A stretch of DNA of 64,000 nt from the human T2T-CHM13v2.0 reference genome, Homo sapiens. The position numbers and the translations under genes were made by a program. Location of the stretch: assembly GCF_009914755.1 (NCBI RefSeq), contig NC_060931.1. The stretch is one strand, 5' to 3'. The notes below the pieces were generated by a model. The model was not told where the DNA came from. It ran no database searches and worked only from the letters and a program-made list of their open reading frames with translations. Below, piece by piece: positions 15,273-29,992 of this stretch (position 1 is the first letter of the stretch; each line of letters opens with the position of its first letter).

Positions 15273-15477
15273 CAGTCACGCACTGCTTAACAATGGGGAT
15301 ACATTCAGAGAAATTCATTTGTCATTGTGTGAACAACACAGAGTGTACTTACACGACTGTAGATAGTATAACCTACTACACACTTAGGCTCTATGGTATA
15401 GACATTATAATATTATGGGATCTTGTCGTATATACAGTCAGTCATTGACCAAAACATCGTTATGTGGCGCATGAATG
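15273..15477 (-). mobile_element. Tigger3-family MITE (internally deleted)
   Basis: TA-flanked TIR-like ends cagtcacgcactgcttaac / gttatgtggcgcatgaatg. Confidence 0.75.
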
Positions 15478-16891
15478 TATTTTACTATTCAATGTCTAAC
15501 ATCTTTAAAAAGTTTAGCTTATATTCTAAAACCAAAGTGTGATTAGCACTTTGTGAAGCATACATTGCCAAAGATCAATTTAACTATAAATTTTCAATAG
15601 GTTCATGTTCCATTCCAAAATTCTTGCAACTCTCAACCCCTCCCCACTACCACTGTTAAAGAATACATTGCTATGGAGAGTCGCATGAGAGCAATATAAA
15701 AAGAAGATTAAAAGAAGCCTAACTCATACCTGCTTACTTCACTTATTTAAACATTAGTCTTTCTTTTCAGTTATTCATGGATATGTACTGAGCTATGAGG
15801 AAAAGCACCTTACATCAGCTAAAGCACCATAAGTTGTTAATGACTTTTAAAGAAAAATTTAACAAAAATATTTTTTGAAATTGCTAACATTTTCAAGACA
15901 ATGTAAGATACAACCAATAGATAAACTTCTAAGCGATTTCTTTCAGATTCAGTATGTGTTATTCAATGAAGTAGTAACAATCTAATTTATCAAATCATAT
16001 CAAATATCTATTCCAATTACAGCCATTCCCTAGTTGGCTTGATCTTCTCAAATGTTTATTGTTCTACTTATTATTAACATAAAATAAAATATTATGCTAG
16101 CTCCTGGGGCAATTTGCTTTTTAGCAATGCAAACATTTCTTTTCTTATTCGCATAGACAAAGTATGGTATGATTCCTCTCTTTAAGAGATATATTTCCAG
16201 TAGAATTCTACTATTTATGTTTTCACCTGGGATATAGTTTAACTCACGTATCCACACAGAATTTTGTGTATGCGGAAAAAAACCTAATGATACTGTAAAG
16301 TTTACTATTTTTCTCTGAATTATCTTACCTGCATCCAACAGCACTACTTTAAAAAGCCTTACATTTGAGACATGGGAACAATTAAACAGTTCCTTATATC
16401 GACAACATAACAAATGTTTTAAAAAATATATTGTATAAGTACATATATTTTTTGTATATTTTGTATATTTTCTTTTAATATACAAAATCATCAGTAGCTT
16501 TGTGTATGTGTTTCTTTTAATGAGTTAAAACGTTCATCATTAATGAGAATGAGTTTAAAGTGAATTAGGATTTTATGAACAATATTCACTATGATGGATC
16601 CTTAAATTTTTGTGCCAAAGTTGTTCAATAAACATTTGGCTAAAAAAGAGATAAAAAGCCTTCCTTTTGTTCATGTATTGAGGCTTACCTCAAACAGAAT
16701 CTTGTATTTTAAATATTTAAGAAGGGACATTTTTCTATTCCATGATAAAGCATGTTAACCACTACGGAAAACACCATAGCTACTTTGAGAACTTGTATTA
16801 TGTATTTATACAGTTGATCCGTCAGGATTATTGTCTAATGGTAGATAACACCGAGCTACAAATGCACATTATTTAAAATGGTTTCGTAATA

Positions 16892-17700
16892 CAGCTATGC
16901 ACTGCATAATGATATTTCAGTCAACAAGGGACTGCATATATGATGGTGGCCCATAGGAACTGAAAAATTCCTACTGCCCAGTAGCATTTTGATGATCTTG
17001 ACCCTGAATAGGCCTAGGCTAATGTGTAAGTTTATGTCTTCGTTTTTAACAAAAAAAAAGTTTTAAGTGAAAAAAGAAAGAACTTTTAAAATAGAAAAAA
17101 GCTTATGGTATAAAGATTATAAAGATAATATTTTTGTACATCTGTTCATGTGTTTGTGTTTTAAGCTAAGTGTTACTACAAAAGAATAAAAAGTTTTTTA
17201 AAATTTAAGTTATTATAAAAGTTACAGCAAAATAAGATTACTAAAGACAAATTTAGAAAGTAAATTTAGTATAGCCTAAGTGTACAGTGTTCATAAAGTC
17301 CACAGTAGTGTACAGTAATGTCCCAGGCCTTCACATTCACTCACCGCTCACTCACTGACTCATCCAGAGCAACTTCCAGTCCTGCAAGCTCCATTCACAC
17401 CAAGTGCCCTATACAGATAAACCATTTGTAATCTTTTACACTGTATTTTTACTGCACCTTTTCTATGTTTAGATACACAAATACTTAACATTATGTTACA
17501 ACTGTCTATAACATTCAGTACAGTAACATGCTGTATAGGTTTACAGCCTACAAGCGATAGCTAGACCACATAACCTAGGTGTGCAGAAGGCTCTACCATC
17601 TAGGTTTATGTAGGTACACTCAATCATGTTTACAGAATGATGAAATAGCCCAATGACACATTTCCCAGAATGTATCCCCATTGCTAAGTGACATATGATG
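16892..17700 (+). mobile_element. Tigger3b-like DNA transposon
   Basis: TIR cagctatgcactgcataatg..., internal 'cctagg...ttcacattcactcaccgctcactcactgactcatccagagcaacttccagtcctgcaagctcc'. Confidence 0.8.
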
Positions 17701-17932
17701 TAATTGTGATCTTCAATAATGACAAATTTTTTAAAAGTAGGGCACAGACATGGTTACCAGCTTCCTCACACATCTCTTTTTTTGACTCCAACATGAAACC
17801 ACCACAGCTTGAGATATAAGCTCAATAGGGCAAAGCTACACACTTCGTAGTCACTTACACCAGTCTAACAACCAAAAGAAGAAACTGAAACTCCAGCTAA
17901 TTTACTCCCTGGAATAGGAATAGAGAAGGTAA

Positions 17933-18270
<338 letters not shown>

Positions 18271-18524
18271 CTAAATATTCCTTTTCTTAAAGCCTGTCCT
18301 TTGTTTCCACACAATCTGTAAGTGAAAACTCTTATCAAAATGGTTCATTCAAAAAAGCTTCTACTATTAACAAAGCATAACAATATAAATTTATGCTGTT
18401 ATGCATAGAGAATGTTATCCAAATTTTCTACTGAGTAGCCAGGAGAAATTTAATGAAAATGAAACAATATGATTACTGACTACAGAAAGAATACCTTTTT
18501 TTGGAGAAAAAAATATATACTTAC

Positions 18525-18648
18525 TTAGTGAGCTGCCCTTTATTCTTCTTGTTATCAACTCCATGATAAGTCACAGCTGCCAGTTTTCTGATTCCATAGT
18601 TCTCGTAGTGGACATTATTAGTAACATCTTTCAAGTCCTGCGTGTGTT
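18525..18648 (-). pseudogene. SEPTIN7P2: SEPT7-derived exon H (124 nt, 2-nt deletion frameshift): [41 protein letters not shown]
   Basis: atgacag|AACACACGCAGGAC (SEPT7 RTHMQD needs 2 more nt) ... ACTAA|gtaagt. Confidence 0.93.
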
Positions 18649-18884
18649 CTGTCATAAATAAACGGCAAGAGTTTGCTTCTATTAATAGCTAGGGGGCATA
18701 AAGCTAAAAAAGCTTTAATATAAATTCAAAATTTTACCAAAACAAAAATTTCAGATTTAAAATGAACAAAAGACTATTGTTAAGGAAGGTGGCATTCATC
18801 TGCTTTCATTTACACCCAAAGTAGAATAAAAAATAAGCTAACTTGACACCAAATTTAGACTCCATAGAGATTTTGAGACCCATA

Positions 18885-19972
18885 GCAAGGACTTCATGAC
18901 TAAAACAACAAAAGCAATGGCAACAAAAGCCAAAATTGACAAATGGGATCTAATTAAACTAAAGAGCTTCTGCACAGCAAAAGAAACTACCATCAGAGTG
19001 AACAGGCAACCTACAGAATGGGAGAAATTTTTTGCAATCTACCCATCTGACAAAGGGCTAATATCCAGAATCTACAAAGAACTCAAACAAATTTACAAGA
19101 AAAAAACAAACAACTCCATCAAAAAATGGGCAAAGGACATGAACAGACACTTCTCAAAAGAAGACATCTGTGCAGCCAACAGACACATGAAAAAATGCTC
19201 ATCATCACTGGTCATCAGGGAAATGCAAATCAAAACCACAATGAGATACCATCTCACGTCAGTTAGAATGGTGAACATTAAAAAGTCAGGAAACAACAGA
19301 TGCTGGAGAGGATGTGGAGTAATAGGAACACTTTTACACTGTTGGTGGGACTGTAAACTGGTTCAACCATTGAGACAGTGTGGCGATTCCGCAAGAATCT
19401 AGAACTAGAAATACCATTTGACCCATCAATCCCATTACTGGGTATATACCCAAAGGATTATAAATCATGCTGTTGTAAAGACACATGCACACGTATGTTT
19501 ATTGCAGCACTACTCACAATAGCAAAGACTTGGAACCAACCCAAATGTCCAACAGCGATAGACTGGATTAAGAAAATGTGGCACATATACACCATGGAAT
19601 ACTATGCAGCCATAAAAAAGGATGAATTCATGTCCTTTGCAGGGACATGGATGAAGCTAGAAACCATCATTCTCAGCAAACTATCACAAGGACAGAAAAC
19701 CAAATATCACATGTTCTTACTCATAGGTGGGAACTGAACAATAAGATCACTTGGACACAGGGTGGGGAACATCACACACTGGGGCCTGTCAGGGGTGGAG
19801 GGCTGGGGGAAGGATAGCATTAGGAGAAATATCTAATGTAAATGATGAGTTGATGGGTACAGCAAACCAACATGGCACATGTATACATATGGATCAAACC
19901 TGCACGTTGTGCACATGTACCCTAGAACCTAAAGTATAATTTAAAAGAAAAAGAAAAAAAGAAAAAGAGAAA
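18885..19972 (+). mobile_element. 5'-truncated L1PA (L1PA5/6-like): ORF2 C-terminus, 3'UTR and A-rich tail
   Basis: ORFs 18896-19402 and 19378-19737 translate to L1 ORF2 ([25 protein letters not shown]...HCWWDC, IKKDEFMSFAGTWMKLETIILSKL), with a frameshift near 19371. Confidence 0.96.
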
Positions 19973-20289
19973 TGGCCATAGGAGGGAAGACTTTCTTCTA
20001 GGGCATTGAGAAGATTGTCAAGCCCAGATGACAGGCACCACCTTTCCACCTTATGCCTCATTAATGGAAATATCACAATGCCCAGATCAAAGGCAGAGCT
20101 TCCCACCTATGAGCCTGCATCTCAATCTTCACCTTCCAGAAACCAGGCAGTGTCTTCTGGGCTGATTACTTCCAGTTTATCTCATTGTGATGTCCAAATA
20201 TTATAGCTCCCCTCTCCCTTGTGATGAGCATGGAAAATATCGGTGGCTCCAAATTCCGATTGTTTCACCTTAGAAAACAAATCTGAGAA

Positions 20290-20372
20290 CCCCCCTAGCA
20301 CCAAGCACAGTACCTGGATACAACAGGCACTCAATAAATATTTGCTCAGCCAATGCAAGGATAAATGGATGA
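20290..20372 (+). mobile_element. L2 3'-end fragment
   Basis: 'cctagcaccaagcacagtacctgg...ggcactcaataaatatttgct'. Confidence 0.65.
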
Positions 20373-21790
20373 AATTCCTCATCCCTGTATTCATTTCTGA
20401 AGACCTGCTGGTGAAAATCTAGCTCTAAACATCTTTCAGATTTATTCCATTGAGGTATGAAAAAGGAAAAAAAAATGACGATGCAAACGAACTCAGCAGC
20501 TGGCACAGAAAGTGCAGTCAGATTCTGCTTCCCCTGTAATTAAGTGTGCCCCATGCCTCTGACTTAGGCGATGACAGCGTGCAGCTTGCCTGCCTGCCCT
20601 GGGTGCCTGGGAGGGCAGGCAGCCTTCAGGATGCCACTATACAACACATTCGCCACCTTATCAAGATTTCCACAGCCACAGGAAGATTTCTCACCCCGCC
20701 ATGCCCCCCACAGGCTGCCCTGTGCTGTCATGCCCCTTCCTGGCTGAAGACATGCTGGCTGTCCCCTCCGCTCCTCCCCGGAGATGAGCATCTTTCCTGG
20801 GCCTCCCTTGGTGTTTTGACAGCTGCTCCATGTCCCCGCTGCTCAGAGAGGGAAAACCACTAGGGAGGCCTTGGATGGAAATATTACTCTCTGTCCAGGG
20901 TAGCATGGGCTTGATTGCGCCGGATTATTTCTGATTGTTGTCACTGGGCCAAGAGCACAGCGAAGTCAAGAAAGAAATAGCCTCATTAGTGAGAGTGCAG
21001 CGGTCTGGGTAGGCAGCAGTGGCGTGGAGGACCTGCTTTTGCAGGAGCAGTGAAGAGAGGGGAAGGAGTGGTGTCTTTATATTGAGATATTTTGAGATTC
21101 CTGGTTTCTCCACTCACTTCAACTGCCCATATAGGTTCTGCAGGTTCCACGAAGTTCTAGAACTTGTACAGGATCGAGCCCACAGCTTCTCATGGAATAA
21201 ACACAGAATCAAGAAAATCTGGTGGAAGTCGCCTGGTTTAACTCCTTTGAGGTCTAGAGCAGAAATTAAATAGTGCTTAATCTGTTACTTTAAAGAAGCC
21301 TAGTTCTAACTTTTCCTCAGCTCGCTCCCTCTTTTGCCTAGGATAGGAAGGGTGAGTGCAAATGGCCAGCTCCCTGTAGGTCTGCCTCTTGGAGCCCTAA
21401 GTTTTCCGCCATTTCTCTGCACTACAGGCTTTGCCCACAGTGGGATCCTCAGCCCAGGGACCTTGTTTGTACTCCTCTTGGTGCTGGTGCCTGCTGCCCA
21501 GCCACACACCCTGAGATTCATTTTTAAAGAAACATCAACAGCTCTTAAATGGCAAATAAGCCCCTTTCAAAGAGCTGGGATGACTTTGAAAAAGGGCCTG
21601 AGACAGCAGTCGACCTCTGACCATCTCCCCTCAGATGCCCTCTCCATCCCACCCTCTCTCCCCGTCCCTGTCCTCTGCTCTCCCAGCGAGCCTGTCTGCT
21701 CTTCAACCCTCCTTCCTGCCCGATTGTGCTGTCTCCTCAACACGTCCCATGTTGCTTGATTCCTAAAATAACATAGGGGAAAACATTTTT

Positions 21791-22098
21791 TTTCTTTGTT
21801 CTTTTTTTTTTTGAGACGGAGTCTCCCTCTGTCCCTCTTTCGCCAGGCTGGAGTGCAGTGGTGCAATCTTGGCTCACTACAACCTCCGCCACCTGGGTTC
21901 AAGCGATTTCCTGCCTCGGCCTCCTGAGTAGGTGGGACTACAGGTGCGTGTCACCACGCCTGGCTAATTTATTTATTTTTAGTAGAGACAGGGTTTCACC
22001 ATGTTGACCAGAATGGTCTCAATCTCTTGACCTTGTGATCCACCCACCTCGGCATCCCGAAGTGCTGGGATTACAGGCGTGAGCCACCGCGACCGGCC
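21791..22098 (-). mobile_element. AluS (Sc-like) nested in the transduced segment
   Basis: Full Alu with its own TSD AAAACATTTTTTT. Confidence 0.92.
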
Positions 22099-22751
22099 AA
22101 AAACATTTTTTTAAATAAAGAAAATGAATCCTCAAAAAAGAAAAAAAAAAAACCCACAAATCTCCCAAAGCAGTAACTGAAGGATGACCTTTCTATGAAA
22201 GAGTATTCATTTTTATATTATCTATTTAAATACTAGACAAGAGAGTGTAGATTAGCTACTACTGAAGCTCATAAAATCTAAAAGTAATTGCCTTTTAGCA
22301 ATATTACTAAGGTAATATATGAGTTTTTATTAAGACATAATAATACATTTCAGATGACATATCAAGTTGCTTTCAAACTAGGGAATTTTAGAGTAAATTT
22401 CTGTTTCTTCAAACTGTCTAGGTGAATGTGGTATTTTGGTTAAACAAATTTTTGCTTACAGCATTTCTATCATATATAAAATCAATACATATGAGATAAA
22501 TCTACAATAAATACGGGATGATGTCATCATTATTTAATTATTCAAGACACCGAAGATACCCTTAGCTGCTCCATGGATATCCTTTACCAATGTAGTGTTC
22601 TTGGATATACACGGTGTGGCAATACTCTGTATTGTCAGTTCTCCCTCTTCCCATCATCTGTTCTATCTCAAACTTCCTATATCTGCCATCATTCATCTTC
22701 ACCACTTTACTAAAACTCCCTTCTGGGAGACAAACACAAAGGTGTATTGTT

Positions 22752-23043
22752 GGCTGGGTGTGGTGGCTCATGCCTGTAATCACAGAACTTTGGGAGGCCG
22801 AGGTAGGTGGATTGCCTGAGCTCAAGGAGTTTGAGACCAGGCTGGCCAACATGGTGGAACCCCATCTCTACTAAAAATACAAAAATCAGCTGGGTGTGGT
22901 GGCGGACACCTGTAATCTCAGCTACTTGGGAGGCTGAGGCAGGAGAATAGCTTGAACCCAGGAGGTGGAGGTTGCAGTGAGCCAAGATCGTGCACTGCAC
23001 TCCATCCTGGGTATAAGAGTGAGACTCCGTCTCAAAAAAAAAA
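22752..23043 (+). mobile_element. AluS
   Basis: Full Alu; TSD gtattgtt. Confidence 0.92.
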
Positions 23044-23748
23044 GCGTATTGTTGTACTGTTTTTATCATTCCTTACATCCAGAAAACCTTTACTGTTACT
23101 TCACAATCCAGCTTCTTGAATCTCCCCCTTTGTGAATAAAATGTGATATTCAATTACTCTGATTCATATCGTACTGACATTTCCATGCAATTCTCTGATA
23201 GTTCACTCCCCTTAGTCCTAAGTCTGAGTTTTCCAAAAATCTCATCTCCCAGACTTTGTCCCTTGATAAATTCATGTTCTCTTATAGCCACAACAGTTAC
23301 TTCTAAAGCTCTACCACTCCACTTAGGGCAAGTCAGACAGCTCCCTACTCCTGGCGTATCTGGTGATTGACACTGAACAGTTCAGGCTAATTTGTCAATC
23401 TCTCATCAAAGAGTTCAACTGCTTTAGAAACCTTTGTCCCAGCCTTGACATCAAAGCATTCCAACCATGAACATTTTCTTCTTGGTTGTCATTCATTTTT
23501 GGTACAAGTATATGTCACAGGTGACATCATACCTCTTCAACTATAAGTTCCCCTTTACAAGGAACACACCATTACCTTTTGTGTCCCAATGCAGATAGCA
23601 GAAAATAGGAATTTTAACAAAATTGGTAACTCAAGATTGAAGCTGAGATATGATAAACACTTTTTGGAATAAATTATTGTTACCAGTTTCTCTAAGTGGA
23701 GAATAATAAGAATAAACACCTATGCCAATATAAAAAAAGTTTATGTAA

Positions 23749-24053
23749 TTTTTTTCTTTCTTTTTTTTGATACAGAGTCTTGCTCTGTCGCCCAGGCTGG
23801 ATGGAGTGTGGTGGTACAATCTCAGCTCACTACAACCTCTGCCTTTCAGGCTCAAACCATCCTCCTGCCTCAGCCTCCTGAGTAGCTGGGACTACAGGAA
23901 TGCAATACCACGCCCAACTATTTTTTATATTTTAGTAGAGACGCAGTTTCGCCATGTTGCTCAGGCCAGTCTTAAACTCCTGAGCTCAAGCAATTCTCCC
24001 ACCTTGGCCTCCCAAAGTGCTGGGAGTACAGGTGTGAGCCACTGTGCCCGGCC
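23749..24053 (-). mobile_element. AluJ/S
   Basis: Full reverse Alu. Confidence 0.9.
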
Positions 24054-24926
24054 TAATTTTAATTATTATATATTACATATCATCACTACATCCCTGAAAA
24101 ATCATTAAAGGTTCTAAGGAAGAATACTTACATGAAATGTTTGCATGAATGTGTAAAATAAAGGTAAGGTGAATTTACTAATTGTTAAGCTATTTTTGTT
24201 AGTGTCATCTAATGTTTTAGATAATGGATGATTTTCCTTTCACTAAAATCACTTTCACTTCTATATGACTACATAATTCTGATTTTTTCAGGTTATATAA
24301 GTCTTTATTTCCATTTAATTAAATATGCTTTAACCTTTTATGATTCATCCCACTCCTCCATTCTCAAAATAATTTGGTAATTAGCAATACAGTTTCCCCA
24401 CAGTTTCAGGAATTTGTCTCTTCCATTTCCCATTGCTGATACCATAACTCTTTCTGTTCTCCTTTTGTTTTCTTTCCATATTTGATTTCTGAAACACCCA
24501 TCTCCACACCCTGAAAATATTTGTATAGTTTTCCTCCTTTCCATTGCCTTCTTTGGTTTGCCTGGAGTAATTCAGTTCTCTTAATTAGCAAACACTTCTT
24601 TGAACTTGACTCTTTCTTAGAAGCAATCACTATTCCTTTGACCTGAAGATTTCAATTACTTGGGATTTACAGACATCTGCAATACTGGTATTGTATTTCC
24701 TTCCTTCAGGTATTTACTAAATATCCACTAGACGCCTTTGTCTTAAAGACATGAGCTAAATTAAATATACATCTTTCTAATACGTATAACTTTAGAATTT
24801 TTAGGCATAAAAGGCTTGCTGCTCTGCTGTATTAAATCTTCCTGCAGGCATGGTCAATTTGCTCTGTAATGCTTATACTAGGGAGGACCCTCACTAGCTG
24901 CCAGGCTGTGAACTTTCAAATATTCA

Positions 24927-25262
<336 letters not shown>

Positions 25263-26734
25263 CTACAGTGTTTTAGGTATGTAGGAAATTATTGATTGTA
25301 TACTTTTAAAATACACAAGAAAAAGTTATAGAATGCCACCATGTCAAGCACTGGACAAGTACCATAGAAGATTTAAAAATAAGAGGAATGCAATGGTAAT
25401 TAGTATTTATTAAACATTCTCTACTTATATACTGTCATAGCAGATTATATTATTAATAGGTATCCTTTTGAAGTCACACTTTAAGAATGGAAGAGGAAGG
25501 GAATAGTTCATAACACAGCCTGAAGTGTTGTATTCTCAAAACCCAGAGGATGACCTTCTCGTGCATTTGCTCTTCTCCCCTAATTGAGGCCTGGCAACCC
25601 CAACTGCTCAATCAACCCTGTCATGTAGTTCCTACCAAAAACACCTGCTCCTTTGAAAATAAAAGTCAATTACATGTCAATTTCTTTCATTTCAAAATTC
25701 ACTCTCATCTCTATTGTATTTCTTGAAGTAGCAGTTTGACTCTCTTAAATTTTCCCCCTCACTTCTCACTTGTGAGAATGACCTTCTTGTTATTCCATGA
25801 TTTCCAATTATTATCCATATTTATGTTACTACCTTTCTTTACATAGCTAAAGAGATTCTTGCGTTTCGGGAAAGTGGGTAAGAGGTACGAAAATGAATAG
25901 ATATCAACTTAAGACAGACATCTAAAACTGGAGGTTAAAGAGAGTATGTGGTAAAGGCGTAGAGAAGCAAGAGAGAGAAGCGGGAAATAGGGAGTGAAGT
26001 AGAGAGAGGAAGGAATGTGTCTCAAGATGAAAACACTGAGGATCATTTTGATGCCCTTTCTGTTCCTTACCTACTAACATCTCTAGTCCTATTACACTTT
26101 TTCTTCATGATTTCCTCTCTGCTGCTGCTTTTCTAATTCATTAGTAAGAGCTCCTCTTTACTAGTCCTGGTCCTCTAATCAGGATGGCCTCAATGTCCTG
26201 CTCCCATAGGCTTTCCTTCTCTTTCAGCAGGTGTGCAAGACACAGTGTAGGGATTTTTTTGTCTCACCTGATAGGAAGATTGGTTTTGTTCTCTATGTTC
26301 CAGTACATAAAATATGCCCTACTCACCAGCTACCAGGTTGTGTACCTTTTAACATTCAAATTCTAGCTTTTGACTCAAAAACTAGCCTTCCCTTATACAG
26401 TTTTCACAAGTTTTTCACATTAAGAAAGAAGAAGAGCCTCTTCTATTTCACCTTCCATAGTTATTTCAGTATTAAACCTCAACACAAAGTATAACGATAA
26501 AGTAAAGAGACTAATTTTCCTATGTATCCCTAGACACACAAATTATTTTGTAACTTTTGCTGATGACTTCAAAACCTTGGAGAAAGAATCGTCTACCTGT
26601 AGTGCTAACTTCATTACTAGACTGAAGATATAAATTTAAATTAGCTACATTTATAGAAGGCAAAAAGTAAATCTATCCAATTCTTATTTAGGGAAAGAAA
26701 ATCTTATGCTATTTCCATCATTGCTTGTACTTAC

Positions 26735-26786
26735 CTTATCAACATATTTCTTAAAACTGTAAAATCACAATGTTCACCATTTTCAA
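26735..26786 (-). pseudogene. SEPTIN7P2: SEPT7-derived exon G (52 nt): VENGEHCDFTVLRNMLI
   Basis: cttacag|TTGAAA ... GATAAG|gtaagt. Confidence 0.94.
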
Positions 26787-27482
26787 CTGTAAGAAAAAAA
26801 TAGACCGCAAATATTATATTTTCACTAAGCCTAGTCTTTTCAAAAAATATTTCACAGGAACTTGGGGGGTAAAAACAAGGGAGGGGAAATGCAAAACAGC
26901 TCAGATCAATTTTTTTGAGATTTAACACTAACATAGTACTCAATGTAAGGGCATGACAGAGAAGTGTACTATATTATTACCTTACTGTAGTTTAATCCTC
27001 AGAAACAGATGTCAACCTAACTAAAATGAGCTCTCCGGAAACAACTTTGAAATTTTGAAAGGGGAAATCACACATTTTCTCATTATTGGTAAAAAATATA
27101 TTTATTATATAATACATTTAAAAAATTCAGTGGTGTAAGTGAAGGGGGAATCACTTTAGAAAAAAATCTTAAGGTAACCAAAATGAAAAAGGGAGCCAAG
27201 AACTTTAAGATTCTTTACTTTTATTTTTAAAGAATGTATCACAAACAGGAATATTACTTGGGAGTAGAGAGGTAAACTACAAAAGAGAGATGCAAATCAA
27301 TTTCTCTGGTGCCTATTTTTAAGGGGTATGTAAGTTCTAAAGCCTCAACTCAGCAACTGAAAGTTGCCTGGGCATGACAGAGAGAGCTGGGAACAAGGTA
27401 CAGGGGTCACTGGTGGGAAAATTGTCAATAAGGACAGTAACTTGAAACAATATCCTAAAAATTAAAGAACTGTTCAAAATAA

Positions 27483-27615
27483 ACCAGGGGCAGTGGTGTG
27501 TGCCTATAGTGATGTGATGTGGGAGGAGCATGTGGGAGGATCACTTTGAGCTCAGGAGTTTGAGGCCAGTTGGGCAACATAGCAAGACCTTGTCTTTAAA
27601 AAAAAAAAAAAAAAT
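27483..27615 (+). mobile_element. FLAM/AluJ left monomer
   Basis: Single Alu arm with A tail. Confidence 0.8.
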
Positions 27616-28178
27616 TCAAAAATAATAGCAACAAACATAAAACAATCATGTCTCAATTTTGGTTTCAGCTTACTATAATACAGAAGATTAAATATCAGAT
27701 TAAACCAATACAATAAACCTATTGCCAAGAGGAAGGACTTCTGAGGTTTGGTGTTATAAATAAGATTTTATTGGTATTTAAAACTCCTTACTTAACCCTT
27801 AATAATTTAAGATAGCAGGTTAAAAAACAAAAAAATCCTTACAAAACTAGTAAAGAGTATCTCTTACTAATGAAATTTTTTTACTCTAAATATGCGATGT
27901 CAAAAAAGGCAACTTTTGCACTGAGGAAAGGAGACTGTGAATGTTTTAACTGGGCTTATTCATTTTTAAAATAATTCTTGAGGGTCCATGACCCATCTGA
28001 CATTCTGATAAAAGTGACTAGCCTTCTCTCCAAAATGTTTAATTCCAGGAGGTTCATTAGATTCCCTGGGAGCAAACTTAGGGCCCCAGGTAAAGAACCC
28101 CTCAATTTTAGTTATGTTTTCAAATAAGAAAACAGAAATAGACTTAATAATGAGGCAGGGATGTCAGCCAGGGTGGGG

Positions 28179-28408
28179 CAAGTTGAGTATCCCTTATTTG
28201 AAATGCTTGGGACCAGAAGTGTTTTGAATTTTTTTGGAATTCTGGAATATCTGTGTTATACTTACTGGCTGAGCATCCTTAATCCAAAAATCCAAAATTC
28301 AAAATGCTCCACTGAGCATTTCCTTTGAGTGGCATGTCAGTGCTCAAAACGTTTTAGATTTTGGAGCAATTCATATTTTGAATTTTCTCTTTAAGAATGT
28401 TCAACCTA
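28179..28408. mobile_element. MER2 (TcMar-Tigger) MITE, terminal end split by Alu
   Basis: caagttgagtatcccttatttgaaatgcttgggaccagaagtg ... aatgttcaacct. Confidence 0.8.
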
Positions 28409-28723
<315 letters not shown>

Positions 28724-28951
28724 CTACAACTTTAGGACTTAACACATACTTGCATGACTTAGTAGGATACAGGTTTGAAAAATATGAATGTATTTAAGAG
28801 GAAAATGAGACTACAAGAACCTGAAATCAGTACTATCCTTGAAATCTAGATTATATCAATACAGTGTGCATATTATACTCCTTACTATAAATACAAATTT
28901 TTAATCAGTTTTGAGATCTTATAGAAACTCATTCACTGAAGAAAACCTTAC

Positions 28952-29048
28952 CTTCAGCAACACTCCAAGGATACTGCCTTCCTATGACCCTTTTGCCATT
29001 AACTTCAATGATAGTATTACTACCCACCACAGCAAGAGGTAAATGGTC
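28952..29048 (-). pseudogene. SEPTIN7P2: SEPT7-derived exon F (97 nt): [32 protein letters not shown]
   Basis: ttttatag|GACCAT ... GCTGAAG|gtaagg; septin unique element GRQYPWG>GRQYPWS. Confidence 0.95.
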
Positions 29049-29739
29049 CTATAAAACAAAGTATTCTTGTTCAAATACATCTCTATAGTATTCACAAATT
29101 TCAAGAATAAAAAAAGTTACATGACTCAACAGATTAGCCAAAAAAAATTACTTTTGATAGTTTCTGCATTAGTTTTTATAGGCCATTTAACCAATATTTA
29201 GTAAATTGACATCACATGATATTACCACCAAGGTAAATAATAAATAAAATTAAATGTTCTCTTTAAAGTTAAGAATATTCAAGCATATACTGGTCAAACT
29301 ATTTACTAAAAATCACTACAGAAAGTTGTCCCATGCTTGGGGGGAAAAAGGTAAAAAATATATTAGCATCTGGGAAAATAAAAGGAGGCTAATGACTAGC
29401 CTGACTACTTGATCACAAACCAACTGTAACAGTACCTAAACAGGGAATAGTATATTTGCTAAGCTCTAACTTTGGAACTTCAAATCCAGGTGACTGGATT
29501 TGTATTCATCCATGTGTAGCCCTTCACAGTTCTGTGGCTCCTGGAAATATCTAACCAGCTATTTTATATAACTGCAGAAATTCTTCACTGGCGAGGTATA
29601 AGCATTTCATTATTCCAAGGTATTTGCCTACATAATGCCATTATTCAGTATACCATTTTTAGGGACAAAGTACTTAGAAAACCACGATAAATTAAAATAC
29701 AGAAAATTGTGTTGATGTGAATTTTTGGTTGGTTTTTAT

Positions 29740-29992
29740 TATTTTTAATTGAAACATAATTGTACATATTTGTGGGGTAGAGTATGGTATTCTGATACCT
29801 GTATACAAATATGTAATGATCAAATTAGGGTAATTAGCACATTTATCAACTCACACTTATTTTTCTGTATTGGGAACATTCATAATCCTCTCTTCTAGCT
29901 ATTTGAAAATATAGACTAAATTATTGTTAACTACAGCCACCCTACAATGCTACAGAACACTAGAACTTATTCCTCCTATCTAGCTGTAATTT
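29740..29992 (-). mobile_element. L1M (L1MA/MB-like) 3' end fragment
   Basis: 'ataattgtacatatttgtgggg...ctagaacttattcctcctatctagctgtaattt'. Confidence 0.7.

Larger units (their letters stand above)
19973..22152 (+). other. Putative L1 3'-transduced segment ending in AATAAA (22114-22119) and poly(A) (22134-22152)
   Basis: GC-richer non-L1 sequence directly after the L1 tail, own poly(A) signal and tail, degenerate TSD AGACCCATA / AAACCCACA. Confidence 0.7.

Noticed and set aside
16753-16772. tRNA-Val-like 5' motif on the minus strand
   Set aside because: Under 20 nt with a gap; no further tRNA structure.
18896-19737. 168-aa and 119-aa ORFs as protein-coding genes
   Set aside because: Frameshifted C-terminal fragment of L1 ORF2 in a 5'-truncated element.
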